A stretch of DNA of 64,000 nt, from assembly GCA_049510745.1 (NCBI GenBank), contig JBEKYR010000002.1, positions 96,001 through 160,000 on the forward strand, given 5' to 3'. Below, piece by piece: positions 1-9,761 of the stretch. The notes beneath the pieces are model-generated. The model did not search any database. It was not told the origin of the DNA and saw nothing but the letters and a program-made list of their open reading frames with translations. The DNA comes from Verrucomicrobiota bacterium. Its GTDB lineage: Bacteria > Verrucomicrobiota > Verrucomicrobiia > Limisphaerales > Palsa-1400. Position 1 is the first letter of the stretch. Each line of letters begins with the position of its first letter. Position numbers and translations under genes: made by a program.

Positions 1-2
1 AA

Positions 3-1136
3 GCGGTCGAACCTACATCTGACGCCAAAACAGCCAAGCCAAAAACTGAATTTAGAAACAAGATCATCTTTACTGTTTCGATATTAGGTGTCCTGGCCGC
101 GCTGGTCGCCGCCTACCTCATGGGCATGCAGAGGAAGGCCCAGCCCCCCGTGTTTAAACCGGTCAGCAACCCTTACGACTCGGCCATCTATGCCAATGGC
201 ATTATCGAGAGCGACCAGCCGAGCGGTGAAAACGTCAATATCTATCCTGAAGTTTCCGGCCCGATCACCCAGGTGCTGGCGCGCGAAGGCCAGCAGGTGT
301 CGGCCGGCACTCCGCTGTTCACCATCGACGATTCCGTGCAGAAAGCCACCACGGAGCAGCTAAAATCGCAGTCCGAAGCCGCCCTGGCGCTGCTGGAGGA
401 ACTCAAAGCGGAGCCGAGAAAGGAGACGCTGGCGATTGCCGAGGCGCAAGTGGGGCTGGCCGAATCCAACCTGAAAACGGCCCGTGACGAATACGACAAA
501 CGCCGCGTATCCTACGACCTCGACCCGAAATCCATCAGCCAGGACGTGCTGGACACCGCGAAAAACGGCGTCGATCAGGCGGCAGCCGCCTTGGACGTAG
601 CCCGCAAGCAATATGACCTTACCAAGGCCGGCGCATGGAGTTACGACATTACCAACCAGGAGAAGCAGTACGAGGCCCTCAGGCAGGCTTACCAGGCGGC
701 TAACGCGCTGCTGGTAAAATACTCGGTCAAAGCGCCCGTGGACGGGGTCGTGCTGGCCGTCAACGCAGCGAACGGCAGTTATGTATCGTCGCAGGGCGCC
801 TATAACCCTTACACGCAGTTATTCGACCCATTAGTGGTCATGGGAGGGCCTCAAGACCATCTGGCCGTCCGCTGTTATGTGGACGAGATACTGGTCTCAC
901 AACTGCCATCTTCGTGGCATTTCCACGCGCAGATGTCGCTCCGCGGGTCCTACACTAATAAGGTGCCGCTGGAGTTCGTCCGGGTGCAGCCTTATGTCTC
1001 GCCCAAGATCGAGCTGGCGAATGAGCGCCAGGAACAAGTGGACCTGCGGGTGCTGCCGGTGATTTTCCGGTTCGAGAAAAAGGATGCCCCGGTCTATCCG
1101 GGCCAGTTGGTGGATGTTTACATAGGGTCGCAATAG
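3..1136 (+). CDS. HlyD-family efflux periplasmic adaptor (5' partial)
   Basis: Frame open from the window start (AVEPTSDAK...KIIFTVSILGVLAALVAAYL TM anchor); lipoyl-like halves 'EGQQVSAGTPLFTID' and 'VKAPVDGVVL' around a coiled coil. Confidence 0.9.
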   Translation, partial: AVEPTSDAKTAKPKTEFRNKIIFTVSILGVLAALVAAYLMGMQRKAQPPVFKPVSNPYDSAIYANGIIESDQPSGENVNIYPEVSGPITQVLAREGQQVSAGTPLFTIDDSVQKATTEQLKSQSEAALALLEELKAEPRKETLAIAEAQVGLAESNLKTARDEYDKRRVSYDLDPKSISQDVLDTAKNGVDQAAAALDVARKQYDLTKAGAWSYDITNQEKQYEALRQAYQAANALLVKYSVKAPVDGVVLAVNAANGSYVSSQGAYNPYTQLFDPLVVMGGPQDHLAVRCYVDEILVSQLPSSWHFHAQMSLRGSYTNKVPLEFVRVQPYVSPKIELANERQEQVDLRVLPVIFRFEKKDAPVYPGQLVDVYIGSQ

Positions 1137-1173
1137 CGCCCCGCCCGACCCGACCCAAGTCAGAGCGAATGCG

Positions 1174-2655
1174 ATGAACAACTTTCGATCATCAGTCCAG
1201 CGAGGCGCAGGCCTCGCCGCGATCATGGCGATGCTGGGCGGCTGCGCCGTGGGGCCTGATTTCGTTCGTCCCGCGCCGCCCGAGACGGACCGCTACACGA
1301 GCGAGCCGCGGCCTGAAGCCACGGTCGCGGCGGATGGCCAGGCGCAGCATTTTACGCCCGGCGCCGCCATCACGGCCGACTGGTGGCGGCTTTTCCAGTC
1401 AGCGCAGTTGGACGCCGTTGTCCGGCAGGCCCTCTCCAACAATCCGACCCTCCGGGCGGCCGAGGCCAGCTTGCGTCAGAGTCAGGACAACCTGCGCGCA
1501 GGTTATGGCTTGTACTTCCCGCAAGGCCAGGCTGAACTGAGCGCCAGCCGGCAGCGCACCGCGCCGGTACAGCAAGGCTCACGGACGTCCGGCACGGTTT
1601 TCAATCTCTTTACTGCCAGCGGCACCATCAGCTACGCGCTGGACGTGTTCGGTGGCAAGCGCCGGACGGTGGAAGGCTTGCGGGCCCAGGCCGACTCCCA
1701 GCGTTACGAGAGCAAGGCGGCCTACCTTGCTTTGTCCGCCAATGTCGTCAACACCAGCATCGCGCGCGCTGCCTACACGGCGCAGATTCGCGCGACCGAA
1801 CAGTTGATCGAGTTGGAGAACCAGCAACTTCACCTCGCCGAAACGCAGGTCCGCGCCGGCACAGCTCCCTATTCGACCGTGTTGAGCGTGCGCAGCCTGC
1901 TTGCCGCCAACCAGGCTTTACTGGCGCCCTTGGAGCAGAATGCCAGCCAGGCCGGGCACTTGCTGGCGACGCTGGAAGGCGTGGAGCCATCCAAAGCCAC
2001 CCTGCCCGACATCGACCTGACCGGACTCTCGCTGCCGATGGACCTGCCGGTGAGTCTGCCGTCCGATCTGGTGAGGCAGCGGCCCGACATCCTGTCGGCC
2101 GAGGCACTCATGCACGTGGCCAGCGCCAACATCGGCATCGCGACCGCCGCGATGTACCCCAGCTTCAGCTTGAGCGGCACCTACGGCGGCGCCAGCACCA
2201 GTTTCGCCAATCTTTCGGCGGTCAGCAAGTTCTGGAGCATCGGCCCGACGGCCACGACTCCCGTCTTTCAGGGCAACAGTTTGTGGTACGTCCGGCGGGC
2301 CGCCATCGACGCCTATCAGCAGTCGCAGGCAAATTATCGACAGACCGTGCTGGGCGCCTTCGAGCAAGTCGCTGACTCTTTGAAGGCGCTGGAGCACGAT
2401 GCCGGGGCGCTGCAGGCGCAGGTCGAAGCGCAGCGCGCCGCCGGTGAAGCGCTCAACCTGTTACAGGTCAATTACCGTGCGGGCCTGGCCGCCTACCCGG
2501 ACGTGTTGACGGCCGACGTGCAATTCCACCAGGCGACCATCGCCTGGCTGCAGGCTGTGGCGCAGCGCCACCAGGACACCGTCGCCTTGTTCGTGGCGCT
2601 GGGAGGGGGTTGGTGGAACGAGCCGCGCCCGGCGGGCAAAGGCGAGGCGCCATGA
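1174..2655 (+). CDS. NodT/TolC-family outer-membrane efflux lipoprotein
   Basis: Lipobox LGGC-AVGPDF, 'WWRLFQSAQLD', 'LPSDLVRQRPDI', C-terminal 'ALGGGW'. Confidence 0.95.
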   Translation: MNNFRSSVQRGAGLAAIMAMLGGCAVGPDFVRPAPPETDRYTSEPRPEATVAADGQAQHFTPGAAITADWWRLFQSAQLDAVVRQALSNNPTLRAAEASLRQSQDNLRAGYGLYFPQGQAELSASRQRTAPVQQGSRTSGTVFNLFTASGTISYALDVFGGKRRTVEGLRAQADSQRYESKAAYLALSANVVNTSIARAAYTAQIRATEQLIELENQQLHLAETQVRAGTAPYSTVLSVRSLLAANQALLAPLEQNASQAGHLLATLEGVEPSKATLPDIDLTGLSLPMDLPVSLPSDLVRQRPDILSAEALMHVASANIGIATAAMYPSFSLSGTYGGASTSFANLSAVSKFWSIGPTATTPVFQGNSLWYVRRAAIDAYQQSQANYRQTVLGAFEQVADSLKALEHDAGALQAQVEAQRAAGEALNLLQVNYRAGLAAYPDVLTADVQFHQATIAWLQAVAQRHQDTVALFVALGGGWWNEPRPAGKGEAP

Positions 2656-3794
2656 AGTACGGCGGCATCCTGCGGATCGGATTCAAGCTGCTGGTCAATG
2701 ACAAGCCCAAGTTTACTGCGCTGTTGATCGGGATTACCTTCTCCGTCTTCCTGATGATGATGATGACCGCCATGTTCGCCGGCATCCTCAACCACTCTTA
2801 TTCGACTGTCACCAATATCGGCGCTGACATGTGGATCATGGACCCGTCGGTCAACACTCCCACCAGTCCCATCCCCATGCCCGATTATGTGCTCGACGTG
2901 GTGCGCAGCATGGACGAGGTCAGCTACGCAGTCCCGCTTTATATCGGTGGCGCGCTGGTCAAGCTCCAGAGCGGCAACTATCAATCTGTAAGTGTGGTGG
3001 GTTTGGACGACAACAGCCTGTTTGGCCGTCCCGAACTCGAACAGGGCAGTATTCTGAACATCTATAACGACAACACGTTCCTGGTAGTCGATGACGCTGA
3101 ATTTCCGAAGCTGGAGAACCCGAAGATCGGCGCCTCATTCGAACTCAATGATCACCGCGGCACGATTGTAGGCATCGCCCGCGTCGCCGTCAACGGACTC
3201 AATGGCGTGCCGACGCTCTATACGACCTACACCCGCGCGATCGAATACATCCCGTCGATGCGTTTCACCTTGTCCTACGTCCTGGTGCAGCCCAAAAGCG
3301 CGGCGGCCGTGGCAGGCATCAAGCAGAGAGTTGCGAAGCTCGGCTACGTCGCCCGCACCAAGGATGAATTCAACCGGAGCATCGCCGACTATTACACCTA
3401 CAAGACCGGTGTGGGCACCAACATCCTGTTGATGGTAGTGATTGCCTTTATCGTTGGGCTGTCCATCTCAGGCCAGACCTTTTACACGTTCATCCTCGAA
3501 AACTTGGAGAAATTTGGCGCGCTCAAGGCCATCGGCGCCAAGGGGCGCGAGCTGGTCTATATGATCCTGTTCATGGCGACCTTTACGGCGCTGACCGGCT
3601 ATGGCCTGGGCGTCGGTTTCGTGACGCTGATGATCATGATCGCCCGAGCCCGGCTGCCCAACTACGCGGCCACGATCACCTTCTGGAACTTGGGCCTGGC
3701 CTTCGGCATGGTTATTCTCATCGCCGGCCTATCAAGCTATGTCGGGGTACGCAAGGTCCTCAAAATCGAGCCTTTCGACATCTTCAGGGGGTAG
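2652..3794 (+). CDS. ABC transporter permease (MacB/FtsX/DevC-like)
   Basis: ATG at 2652 overlaps the previous stop (ATGA); N-terminal TM, periplasmic domain, 'EKFGALKAIGA', three C-terminal TMs. Confidence 0.9.
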   Translation: MKYGGILRIGFKLLVNDKPKFTALLIGITFSVFLMMMMTAMFAGILNHSYSTVTNIGADMWIMDPSVNTPTSPIPMPDYVLDVVRSMDEVSYAVPLYIGGALVKLQSGNYQSVSVVGLDDNSLFGRPELEQGSILNIYNDNTFLVVDDAEFPKLENPKIGASFELNDHRGTIVGIARVAVNGLNGVPTLYTTYTRAIEYIPSMRFTLSYVLVQPKSAAAVAGIKQRVAKLGYVARTKDEFNRSIADYYTYKTGVGTNILLMVVIAFIVGLSISGQTFYTFILENLEKFGALKAIGAKGRELVYMILFMATFTALTGYGLGVGFVTLMIMIARARLPNYAATITFWNLGLAFGMVILIAGLSSYVGVRKVLKIEPFDIFRG

Positions 3795-3820
3795 CAGTGC
3801 CGGCGCTGTTTCCAAGTTGC

Positions 3821-3870
3821 TGACGAGGCGGTCCTCGACCGTTTGCCCGGCGCGCGTTCCAACGGCTTTG
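3821..3870. repeat. 50-bp direct copy (48/50 identical) of 13395-13444, which lies inside the GH2 gene
   Basis: tgacgaggcggtcctcgaccgtttgcccggcgcgcgttccaacggctttg versus tgacgaggcggttctcgaccgtttgcccggcgcgcgttccgacggctttg. Confidence 0.9.
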
Positions 3871-3991
3871 CGAGGTCTCCTGCGTTCCGATGTGCCTTCG
3901 GTCCAATCCCTTGCGCCGAATCACTCCCCTGGCAGGCGTCCCGCCACAGGCTGAAAACCGCTGGCGATGAAGAAATGCTATGAAAAAATGC

Positions 3992-4019
3992 TTTACATCG
4001 ATTCCAACTTGTAAACAAT
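3992..4019 (+). promoter_or_regulatory. Possible promoter/operator, TTTACA-N12-TGTAAA inverted repeat
   Basis: TTTACA (-35-like, 3992-3997) and its reverse complement (4010-4015) overlapping AACAAT, just before ATG 4029. Confidence 0.35.
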
Positions 4020-4028
4020 ATCAGCCTT

Positions 4029-6944
4029 ATGAAGCGCTCGGCCTCTTTGCTGGTTCTGAATCCGCAGGGAAGGTTGCTGCTGTTGCAGCGCGGCGGCGAA
4101 TCCACGCACTTCCAGGGCGACTGGGAATTTCCCGGCGGCAAAATCGACGCGGGCGAGTCACCCTGTCAGGCCGTGCTGCGCGAGGTGCGCGAAGAGGCCG
4201 GACTGCTGGCCGACATTCCAGCCAGTGATCCCCTTTGGCGCACCGTCACAGCCAATGGCACCGTGGAATACTCATTCTTCGTGTGGAAACCCGCGGTTGG
4301 AGATTTGAAAGTCACTTTGAGCGGCGAGCATCAGGCGTTGGCGTGGGTATTGTTCACCGAGGCTCGAAAAATGCGGATGATGGCGCCGCACCGCGAGTTC
4401 ATGGACCGCTACTGGCATCAGGAACAAATCAAAGCCTACCGGGAGGAGCTGCCGCATTACGCCGCCTACAGAAAATTTCTCGAAGCGATTCTCAACCGGC
4501 TCAAATCGCGGTGGGCGCCATTGGCGATTGTGCAGGCGCGAGAAAAGGGGCTGTCCAGCTTCTCCGAGAAATGCGTGCGCAAGGCGGACAAGTATGACGA
4601 TCCCGCGCACCAACTGACCGACCTGTGCGGCGGGCGCATCATCGCCACCACCACCCATGAGGTGGACACGTTGATCCACCAAATCCAGAAATCCTTCGCA
4701 GTGGACGAAATCGAAGACACGGGCCGGCGGCATGACATCGCCGAATTCGGGTACCTCTCCGTGCATTTCACGGTGCATGTCCCGGAAGGCGCCACTGAAA
4801 TCCTGGGCGAGCCTGTTCCCCCGGAGATCGGCGCACGCAAGGCCGAAATCCAGGTGCGAACGATGCTGCAACACGCCCATTCGGAAGTCACGCATGACCG
4901 GCTCTACAAGAGCGGCTTCACCCCGCCCCAACATCGCCGCCGGGAAGCGGCGCGCGTCGCGGCCGTGTTGGAAAGCGCCGATGAGGAATTCGCGCGGTTC
5001 GTCAGCCAATTGGACGCTTATGTGGGTCATTATGCGGCGCACCTGCCGCCGGAGAAACGCCGCAGAGAGATAGATGACCTCAAGCTGGTGCTGGAGCAGG
5101 AGCCGGAGAAGGAGAAAAAGGCCGCCCTGGCCTTGAGGATTGCGCGACTGGCGCGAGCCGCCTGGGATTGGCCTGGGGTCACGGCCTGCGCCGAGCCTTT
5201 CCTCGCCGCCGCCTCTCCGGTGTCCGCCTGCCTGCGGATGGAGGCCGGCCATGCCCTTTGCCGTCTTCATCAGCAACAGCCCGCCGACGCCGCCTTCCGC
5301 CGCGGCCTGGAATTACTCGAAGCCGTCGCCCGGCCGGAGGAACCGTCCGATGCCTGCGTGGAATGCGATGAACGCGACCGCCGTGCCACCGCGCTGGCGT
5401 GGCTTGGTTGGGCGCATTCACGCCAGCCGGGTCGCCGGGCGCAAGCGCGGGCCTGCCTCGAACGCGCCGTCGAGTTTTCTCCTGATAACCCTTATCATCT
5501 GGCCGCCTTTGTCGAACTCGACCTCATTGCCAGCGGCACCGACGAGTATCTCTCGTTGTTGGCGCCCTCGCTGCGGCAGGCGGCGGGGCGTTGCGAAGAA
5601 CACGTGCGCGCCGGCATCGAGGTCACCCGCGCCTGGCTGACGATGGCCAAACTTCGTTTCCTGCTCAACGATCCATTTTTCGCTTTCGACGCTCTCTGCC
5701 TTGGGGCGCGCTCCGCGGAAACGCATCATCCGCTGGAGGACTTGGTGCATTCGTTGGAGCAACTCACGGACGCCATCGGCGCCCGACGGCCCGACATTGG
5801 CTGGCTCTGGGCCGGCGCGCAGTTGCTTGCCAAGGCGAAGGAACGGAGCAGCGTCCCCGCCGCCGGCCAGATCGCGTGGGAACCGCTGGCCGGACGCTTT
5901 CATTTTGACGCCTCGCTCCCCGTCACCATCTTCGCCGGAGCCACGGCTCAGGCGGAAACGGCCCGCCTCGCGGCGTATGAACCGTTTGTGCGAGATGGGT
6001 TGGCGGGCCACAAAGGCATTGTAATTTCCGGCGGAACCACCGCCGGCGTATGTGGTTTGGCGGCGCGCGTTGCCCGCCAGCTCAATTCCTCGAAGCAGGC
6101 CTCCCTTCAACTGGCCGGCTATGCTCCGGAACACTTGCCCAACGGCCTGGCCGTCGATCCGGCCTTCAGCAGCTTGATCCGGACTCCGGGGGCGCGCAAT
6201 TTCTCCCCTTTGGAGTCTATCCAGATGTGGACAGATTTGTTGTTAAGCGGCGTCGATCCAAAGAACGTCCGGTTGTTCTGTCTCGGTGGCGGCGATCTTT
6301 CCGCGACGGAACTGGCCCTGGCCTGGGCCTTGGGCGCGAGAGCCGCGGTGGTCAACGATGCCAGCGTCGCGGCCCGGCGCTTTGCCCGCTTCCTGGATTG
6401 GGCCGGCGGCCAGACCGATTGCGGCATGATGCTGCCCGACGGCCCCGCCACGCTGACCGCGTTTTTCGCTTTCGACGCGCCGATTGATGCCCGGCAATGG
6501 GAGAAAAGCGGCGAGGCCGTCCATCAGGCTTACGTGAAGTCCCAGCAGGCAGGGGCCAAGCAACCCAATATGCTTCCCTGGCCGCTGCTCCGCGACGATT
6601 TCAAACACTCCAACCGCCATCAGGCCGCCTGCTCCGTCGAGATCCTGCGCCATTGTGGATTCATCGTTGAACCCTCGCCGCTGCCGCGCGATCAGATTCC
6701 CCTGATGAAATTCAGCCAGGGCCAAATCGAACAACTGGCCGAATGGGAACATGGCCGATGGAACGTGGAGCGCCTCAAGAGCGGCTGGCGTTACGGTGAG
6801 AAGAAGGATGAGGCGCGCAGGCTGAGTCCATATCTCCTTCCGTGGCAAGAATTGCCAGAGGCCATCAAGGACTACGACCGCGCCGCCGTCCAGGACTGGC
6901 CTGCGATCCTGGCCCAGGCCGGGTGGGTGGTGAGGCAATCTTGA
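4029..6944 (+). CDS. NUDIX - RelA/SpoT nucleotidyltransferase - TPR-like - SLOG - RyR-repeat multidomain protein
   Basis: NUDIX box GGKIDAGESPCQAVLREVREEAGL; RSH motifs REKGLSSFSEK, DLCGGR, GYLSVH, EIQVRTMLQHAHSEVTHDRLYK; SLOG-like VISGGTTAGV and GGGDLSATE; RyR LAEWEHGRWNVERLKSGWRYG...SPYLLPWQELPEAIKDYDR. Confidence 0.88.
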   Translation: MKRSASLLVLNPQGRLLLLQRGGESTHFQGDWEFPGGKIDAGESPCQAVLREVREEAGLLADIPASDPLWRTVTANGTVEYSFFVWKPAVGDLKVTLSGEHQALAWVLFTEARKMRMMAPHREFMDRYWHQEQIKAYREELPHYAAYRKFLEAILNRLKSRWAPLAIVQAREKGLSSFSEKCVRKADKYDDPAHQLTDLCGGRIIATTTHEVDTLIHQIQKSFAVDEIEDTGRRHDIAEFGYLSVHFTVHVPEGATEILGEPVPPEIGARKAEIQVRTMLQHAHSEVTHDRLYKSGFTPPQHRRREAARVAAVLESADEEFARFVSQLDAYVGHYAAHLPPEKRRREIDDLKLVLEQEPEKEKKAALALRIARLARAAWDWPGVTACAEPFLAAASPVSACLRMEAGHALCRLHQQQPADAAFRRGLELLEAVARPEEPSDACVECDERDRRATALAWLGWAHSRQPGRRAQARACLERAVEFSPDNPYHLAAFVELDLIASGTDEYLSLLAPSLRQAAGRCEEHVRAGIEVTRAWLTMAKLRFLLNDPFFAFDALCLGARSAETHHPLEDLVHSLEQLTDAIGARRPDIGWLWAGAQLLAKAKERSSVPAAGQIAWEPLAGRFHFDASLPVTIFAGATAQAETARLAAYEPFVRDGLAGHKGIVISGGTTAGVCGLAARVARQLNSSKQASLQLAGYAPEHLPNGLAVDPAFSSLIRTPGARNFSPLESIQMWTDLLLSGVDPKNVRLFCLGGGDLSATELALAWALGARAAVVNDASVAARRFARFLDWAGGQTDCGMMLPDGPATLTAFFAFDAPIDARQWEKSGEAVHQAYVKSQQAGAKQPNMLPWPLLRDDFKHSNRHQAACSVEILRHCGFIVEPSPLPRDQIPLMKFSQGQIEQLAEWEHGRWNVERLKSGWRYGEKKDEARRLSPYLLPWQELPEAIKDYDRAAVQDWPAILAQAGWVVRQS

Positions 6945-6954
6945 AGGAACTTCC

Positions 6955-7905
6955 ATGGCCGAACTGGAATTTGATCACCTGGTTCTGCGCTACTGCCGCC
7001 AAATCGTCTTGAAGACGATGGACCATGTGCGCGGCGCCATGCGGGGCGAAAATCGTCTCAACCTCAAGCGCGCCGTCGCCGATCCCCAGCTTCAAAAATC
7101 AGCCCAGAATCTAACCAAAGCCGTCGATCGCGATGCGGAAGACCTCATTCTCGACGCGCTCCAGCTAAAATTTCCCAAGCTGCCCGGCGTCAAAGCTTAC
7201 ACGGTTTTTTCCGAAGAACTGGGCATCAAAACATTCCCCGAAGGGGCCAGTGAAAGCAACGCGAACCTGGTCGTCTTCATTGACCCGATTGACGGCACGG
7301 AGTTCATCGAATCTCTCCAGGGCGGCTGGTCGTTGATCGCCGTTTATGACCGGCGAGCCGATGAGGTTATTGCTGCGGTGGCCGGGGACATATTTCTGGA
7401 CCGCATCTACTGGGCCTCGAAGAGCGGCTATCCTGAGGGCCTGGATTTCATCACTCATTCCTGGTTCCGGCTGGACGGCGGGCCGGCGCCGAAAACCAGC
7501 CTGCAAGGCGCGCGGATCAATGTGCTGACCACGAAGGTGGACCGCTATCAGGCCTTGGCTGGGCAAACGGCCTTGCTGAATGCGCTGCGGGAGGCGGACG
7601 GACGGGTCAATCTCTCCTGGGGTTCCAACACCATCATCCAGGTGGCGGCGGGATACGCCGATGTGGCGATTGAATTCGCCAAGGGCTTCGCCACCTACGA
7701 CATTCTGCCCGGACTATATATCGGACTTAGAACCGGTCTGACGATTGTGGACCTGTCCGGCAATCCCATCACGTCGAAATTGGACTTGGAAGACATCATC
7801 GCCACCTTTCGGCGCGATCCCCAACATCCCAAACGCCTGCCCTTCATCGCCGCCAAAGAACCGGCCCTGGCGGAACAGGTGCTCAAGCTGCTCAAGAAAA
7901 AGTAA
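6955..7905 (+). CDS. Inositol monophosphatase/FBPase/CysQ (FIG) superfamily phosphatase
   Basis: TKAVDRDAE, FSEELG, FIDPIDGT, and TYDILPG in place of the usual WDxAAG. Confidence 0.85.
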   Translation: MAELEFDHLVLRYCRQIVLKTMDHVRGAMRGENRLNLKRAVADPQLQKSAQNLTKAVDRDAEDLILDALQLKFPKLPGVKAYTVFSEELGIKTFPEGASESNANLVVFIDPIDGTEFIESLQGGWSLIAVYDRRADEVIAAVAGDIFLDRIYWASKSGYPEGLDFITHSWFRLDGGPAPKTSLQGARINVLTTKVDRYQALAGQTALLNALREADGRVNLSWGSNTIIQVAAGYADVAIEFAKGFATYDILPGLYIGLRTGLTIVDLSGNPITSKLDLEDIIATFRRDPQHPKRLPFIAAKEPALAEQVLKLLKKK

Positions 7906-7919
7906 AACAATCTACGACC

Positions 7920-9755
7920 ATGGCCCACGAAGTCTTCATCAGCTATTCGTCGAAGGACAAGACCGCCGCAGACGCGGTCTGCGCGATTCTTGAATCGGAG
8001 TGCATCCGCTGCTGGATTGCACCGCGCGACGTGCGGGCTGGCGAGGAGTGGGGCGATTCGATCCTGAACGGCATCAAAGGTTCGCGCGTGATGGTCTTGG
8101 TGCTCTCTGCCAACGCCAACGAATCGCCGCACATCCGACGGGAAGTAGAACGGGCGGTGAGTTTGGGCATCGCGATCATCCCGGTCCGTATCGAGAACGT
8201 GATGCCGGCCAAATCGCTGGAGCTGTTCGTCACGTCATCACACTGGCTGGACGCGTTCAATCCGCCGCTGGAACGGCATCTGCGTTTTCTGGCGCAGGTG
8301 ATTCAGAAGATATTGCGCGGGCCGGTGGCCAAGCCAGAAGACACGACACCAGTTCAGCCGCTAGTGGCGAAGGAAGTGGTGGCAGAGGTATTGCAGGAGG
8401 CGGTGACGGCGGCGAATGAGATGTCATTCCACTGCGGTCACTGTGGGCAGAATTTCAAGGTGGACAAGTCGGGCGCAGGCACCACCATCCGCTGCCCTAC
8501 CTGTGGCCAGCCAACAACGATTCCGCAAGCGATTGAGCCAGTGGTGCAGAGACCTGCACAGCGGTTATCGTGGGGATGGGTGGCAGCAATCGGATTTGTC
8601 AGCGTCATTGTGATTTTGGCTTTTTTGTTGATGCAAGAAACGCGGCTGAGTTCTGTGGGGAAAGTAAAGCCGGATTCAGCACCTTCAATTCCGACTGCGG
8701 TGAATTCGGCAGGGTCGGGTGATTTTGGGAGGGCACTGGAATCAGGTAGTTGGTCCTGGATTCCTGGGGGGAGTGCGCGTCAGGAACAGGTGGTTTTTTT
8801 GCCGGGCGGGAAGGTGACTAATACATACTGGGTGGGTGAATGGAGGGTAACCGGACCGTTGGAGGTCACAATCGCCTCACCAATTGAACAAAAGCGGCGA
8901 CCGACGTGGGATTACCACGATGCGGTGATCCATTTCAATCAGAAAATGACGGAGTTTACCGGAAGCGATTTTTTTACGCGCCCCCAGGACAATATCGGGA
9001 CGGTGAGAGGTGAAAAATTGTTTGCGGAAGCTGGCCATCCGCCAATGAATGCAGACGCGCCGGCGCATGTGTTGCAAGGTTTGTCGCCGGGTTTGAAAGA
9101 AGGCCTGATCCTGGCGTATGACTTTGATGAACAACCCGTCAACGGGGTTGTCCACGACTTGAGCGGCAGTGGCAACAACGGTCACCTATTCGGACCGGAG
9201 TGGACTCCGCAAGGCCATCACGGCGGCGCTCTCATTTTCGGCCCCCAGAACAAATATGTTGAGATAGCAAACAGTGATTCTCTGAATCCTTCAGCGATTA
9301 CCTTGTCAGTTTGGGTCAAAACTACGCGCGCAGATCATTTCTTTCGCCGCATTATTGAGAAAAGCTTTCGCAAAGGCTTCGCCTTGAGTATCGTAGGCGA
9401 CTGGGAAGGGTGGAAGCCCAAGACCCATAAGCGCGGCCGCATTACCTTTGAGGTGGGTAACAAGGCGATGGAAAGTGACTACCCAATCACCGACGGAGAA
9501 TGGCACCATGTAGCCGCCACTTACGATGGATCCATTGCCCGCCTCTTCATCGATGGTGAACAGCAGACACGCACTCCGAAATGGTCTATTTCAATTCCAA
9601 GCAATGATTTTCCCCTACGCCTCGGCGGCTTCGTTGATCCAGATTTGGTTCATGACGATCCCAAAGCATCGTTTGACGGAATGATGGACGAAGTGCGCAT
9701 TTATAATCGGGCCCTCTCGGCGCAGGAAATGAAAGAGTTGGCATCGCAACAATAA
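7920..9755 (+). CDS. TIR domain - Zn ribbon - TM - LamG/ConA-like protein
   Basis: VFISYSSKD...WIAPRD...SPHIRREVE (TIR with conserved Glu); CGHC/CPTC; TM WVAAIGFVSVIVILAFLL; LamG 'GEWHHVAATYDG...FDGMMDEVRIYNRALS'. Confidence 0.88.
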   Translation: MAHEVFISYSSKDKTAADAVCAILESECIRCWIAPRDVRAGEEWGDSILNGIKGSRVMVLVLSANANESPHIRREVERAVSLGIAIIPVRIENVMPAKSLELFVTSSHWLDAFNPPLERHLRFLAQVIQKILRGPVAKPEDTTPVQPLVAKEVVAEVLQEAVTAANEMSFHCGHCGQNFKVDKSGAGTTIRCPTCGQPTTIPQAIEPVVQRPAQRLSWGWVAAIGFVSVIVILAFLLMQETRLSSVGKVKPDSAPSIPTAVNSAGSGDFGRALESGSWSWIPGGSARQEQVVFLPGGKVTNTYWVGEWRVTGPLEVTIASPIEQKRRPTWDYHDAVIHFNQKMTEFTGSDFFTRPQDNIGTVRGEKLFAEAGHPPMNADAPAHVLQGLSPGLKEGLILAYDFDEQPVNGVVHDLSGSGNNGHLFGPEWTPQGHHGGALIFGPQNKYVEIANSDSLNPSAITLSVWVKTTRADHFFRRIIEKSFRKGFALSIVGDWEGWKPKTHKRGRITFEVGNKAMESDYPITDGEWHHVAATYDGSIARLFIDGEQQTRTPKWSISIPSNDFPLRLGGFVDPDLVHDDPKASFDGMMDEVRIYNRALSAQEMKELASQQ

Positions 9756-9761
9756 TAACTT

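Noticed and set aside
2652..3794. Efflux operon apparently missing its ATPase
   Set aside because: The operon extends beyond the left edge of the window, where the ATPase is likely to be.
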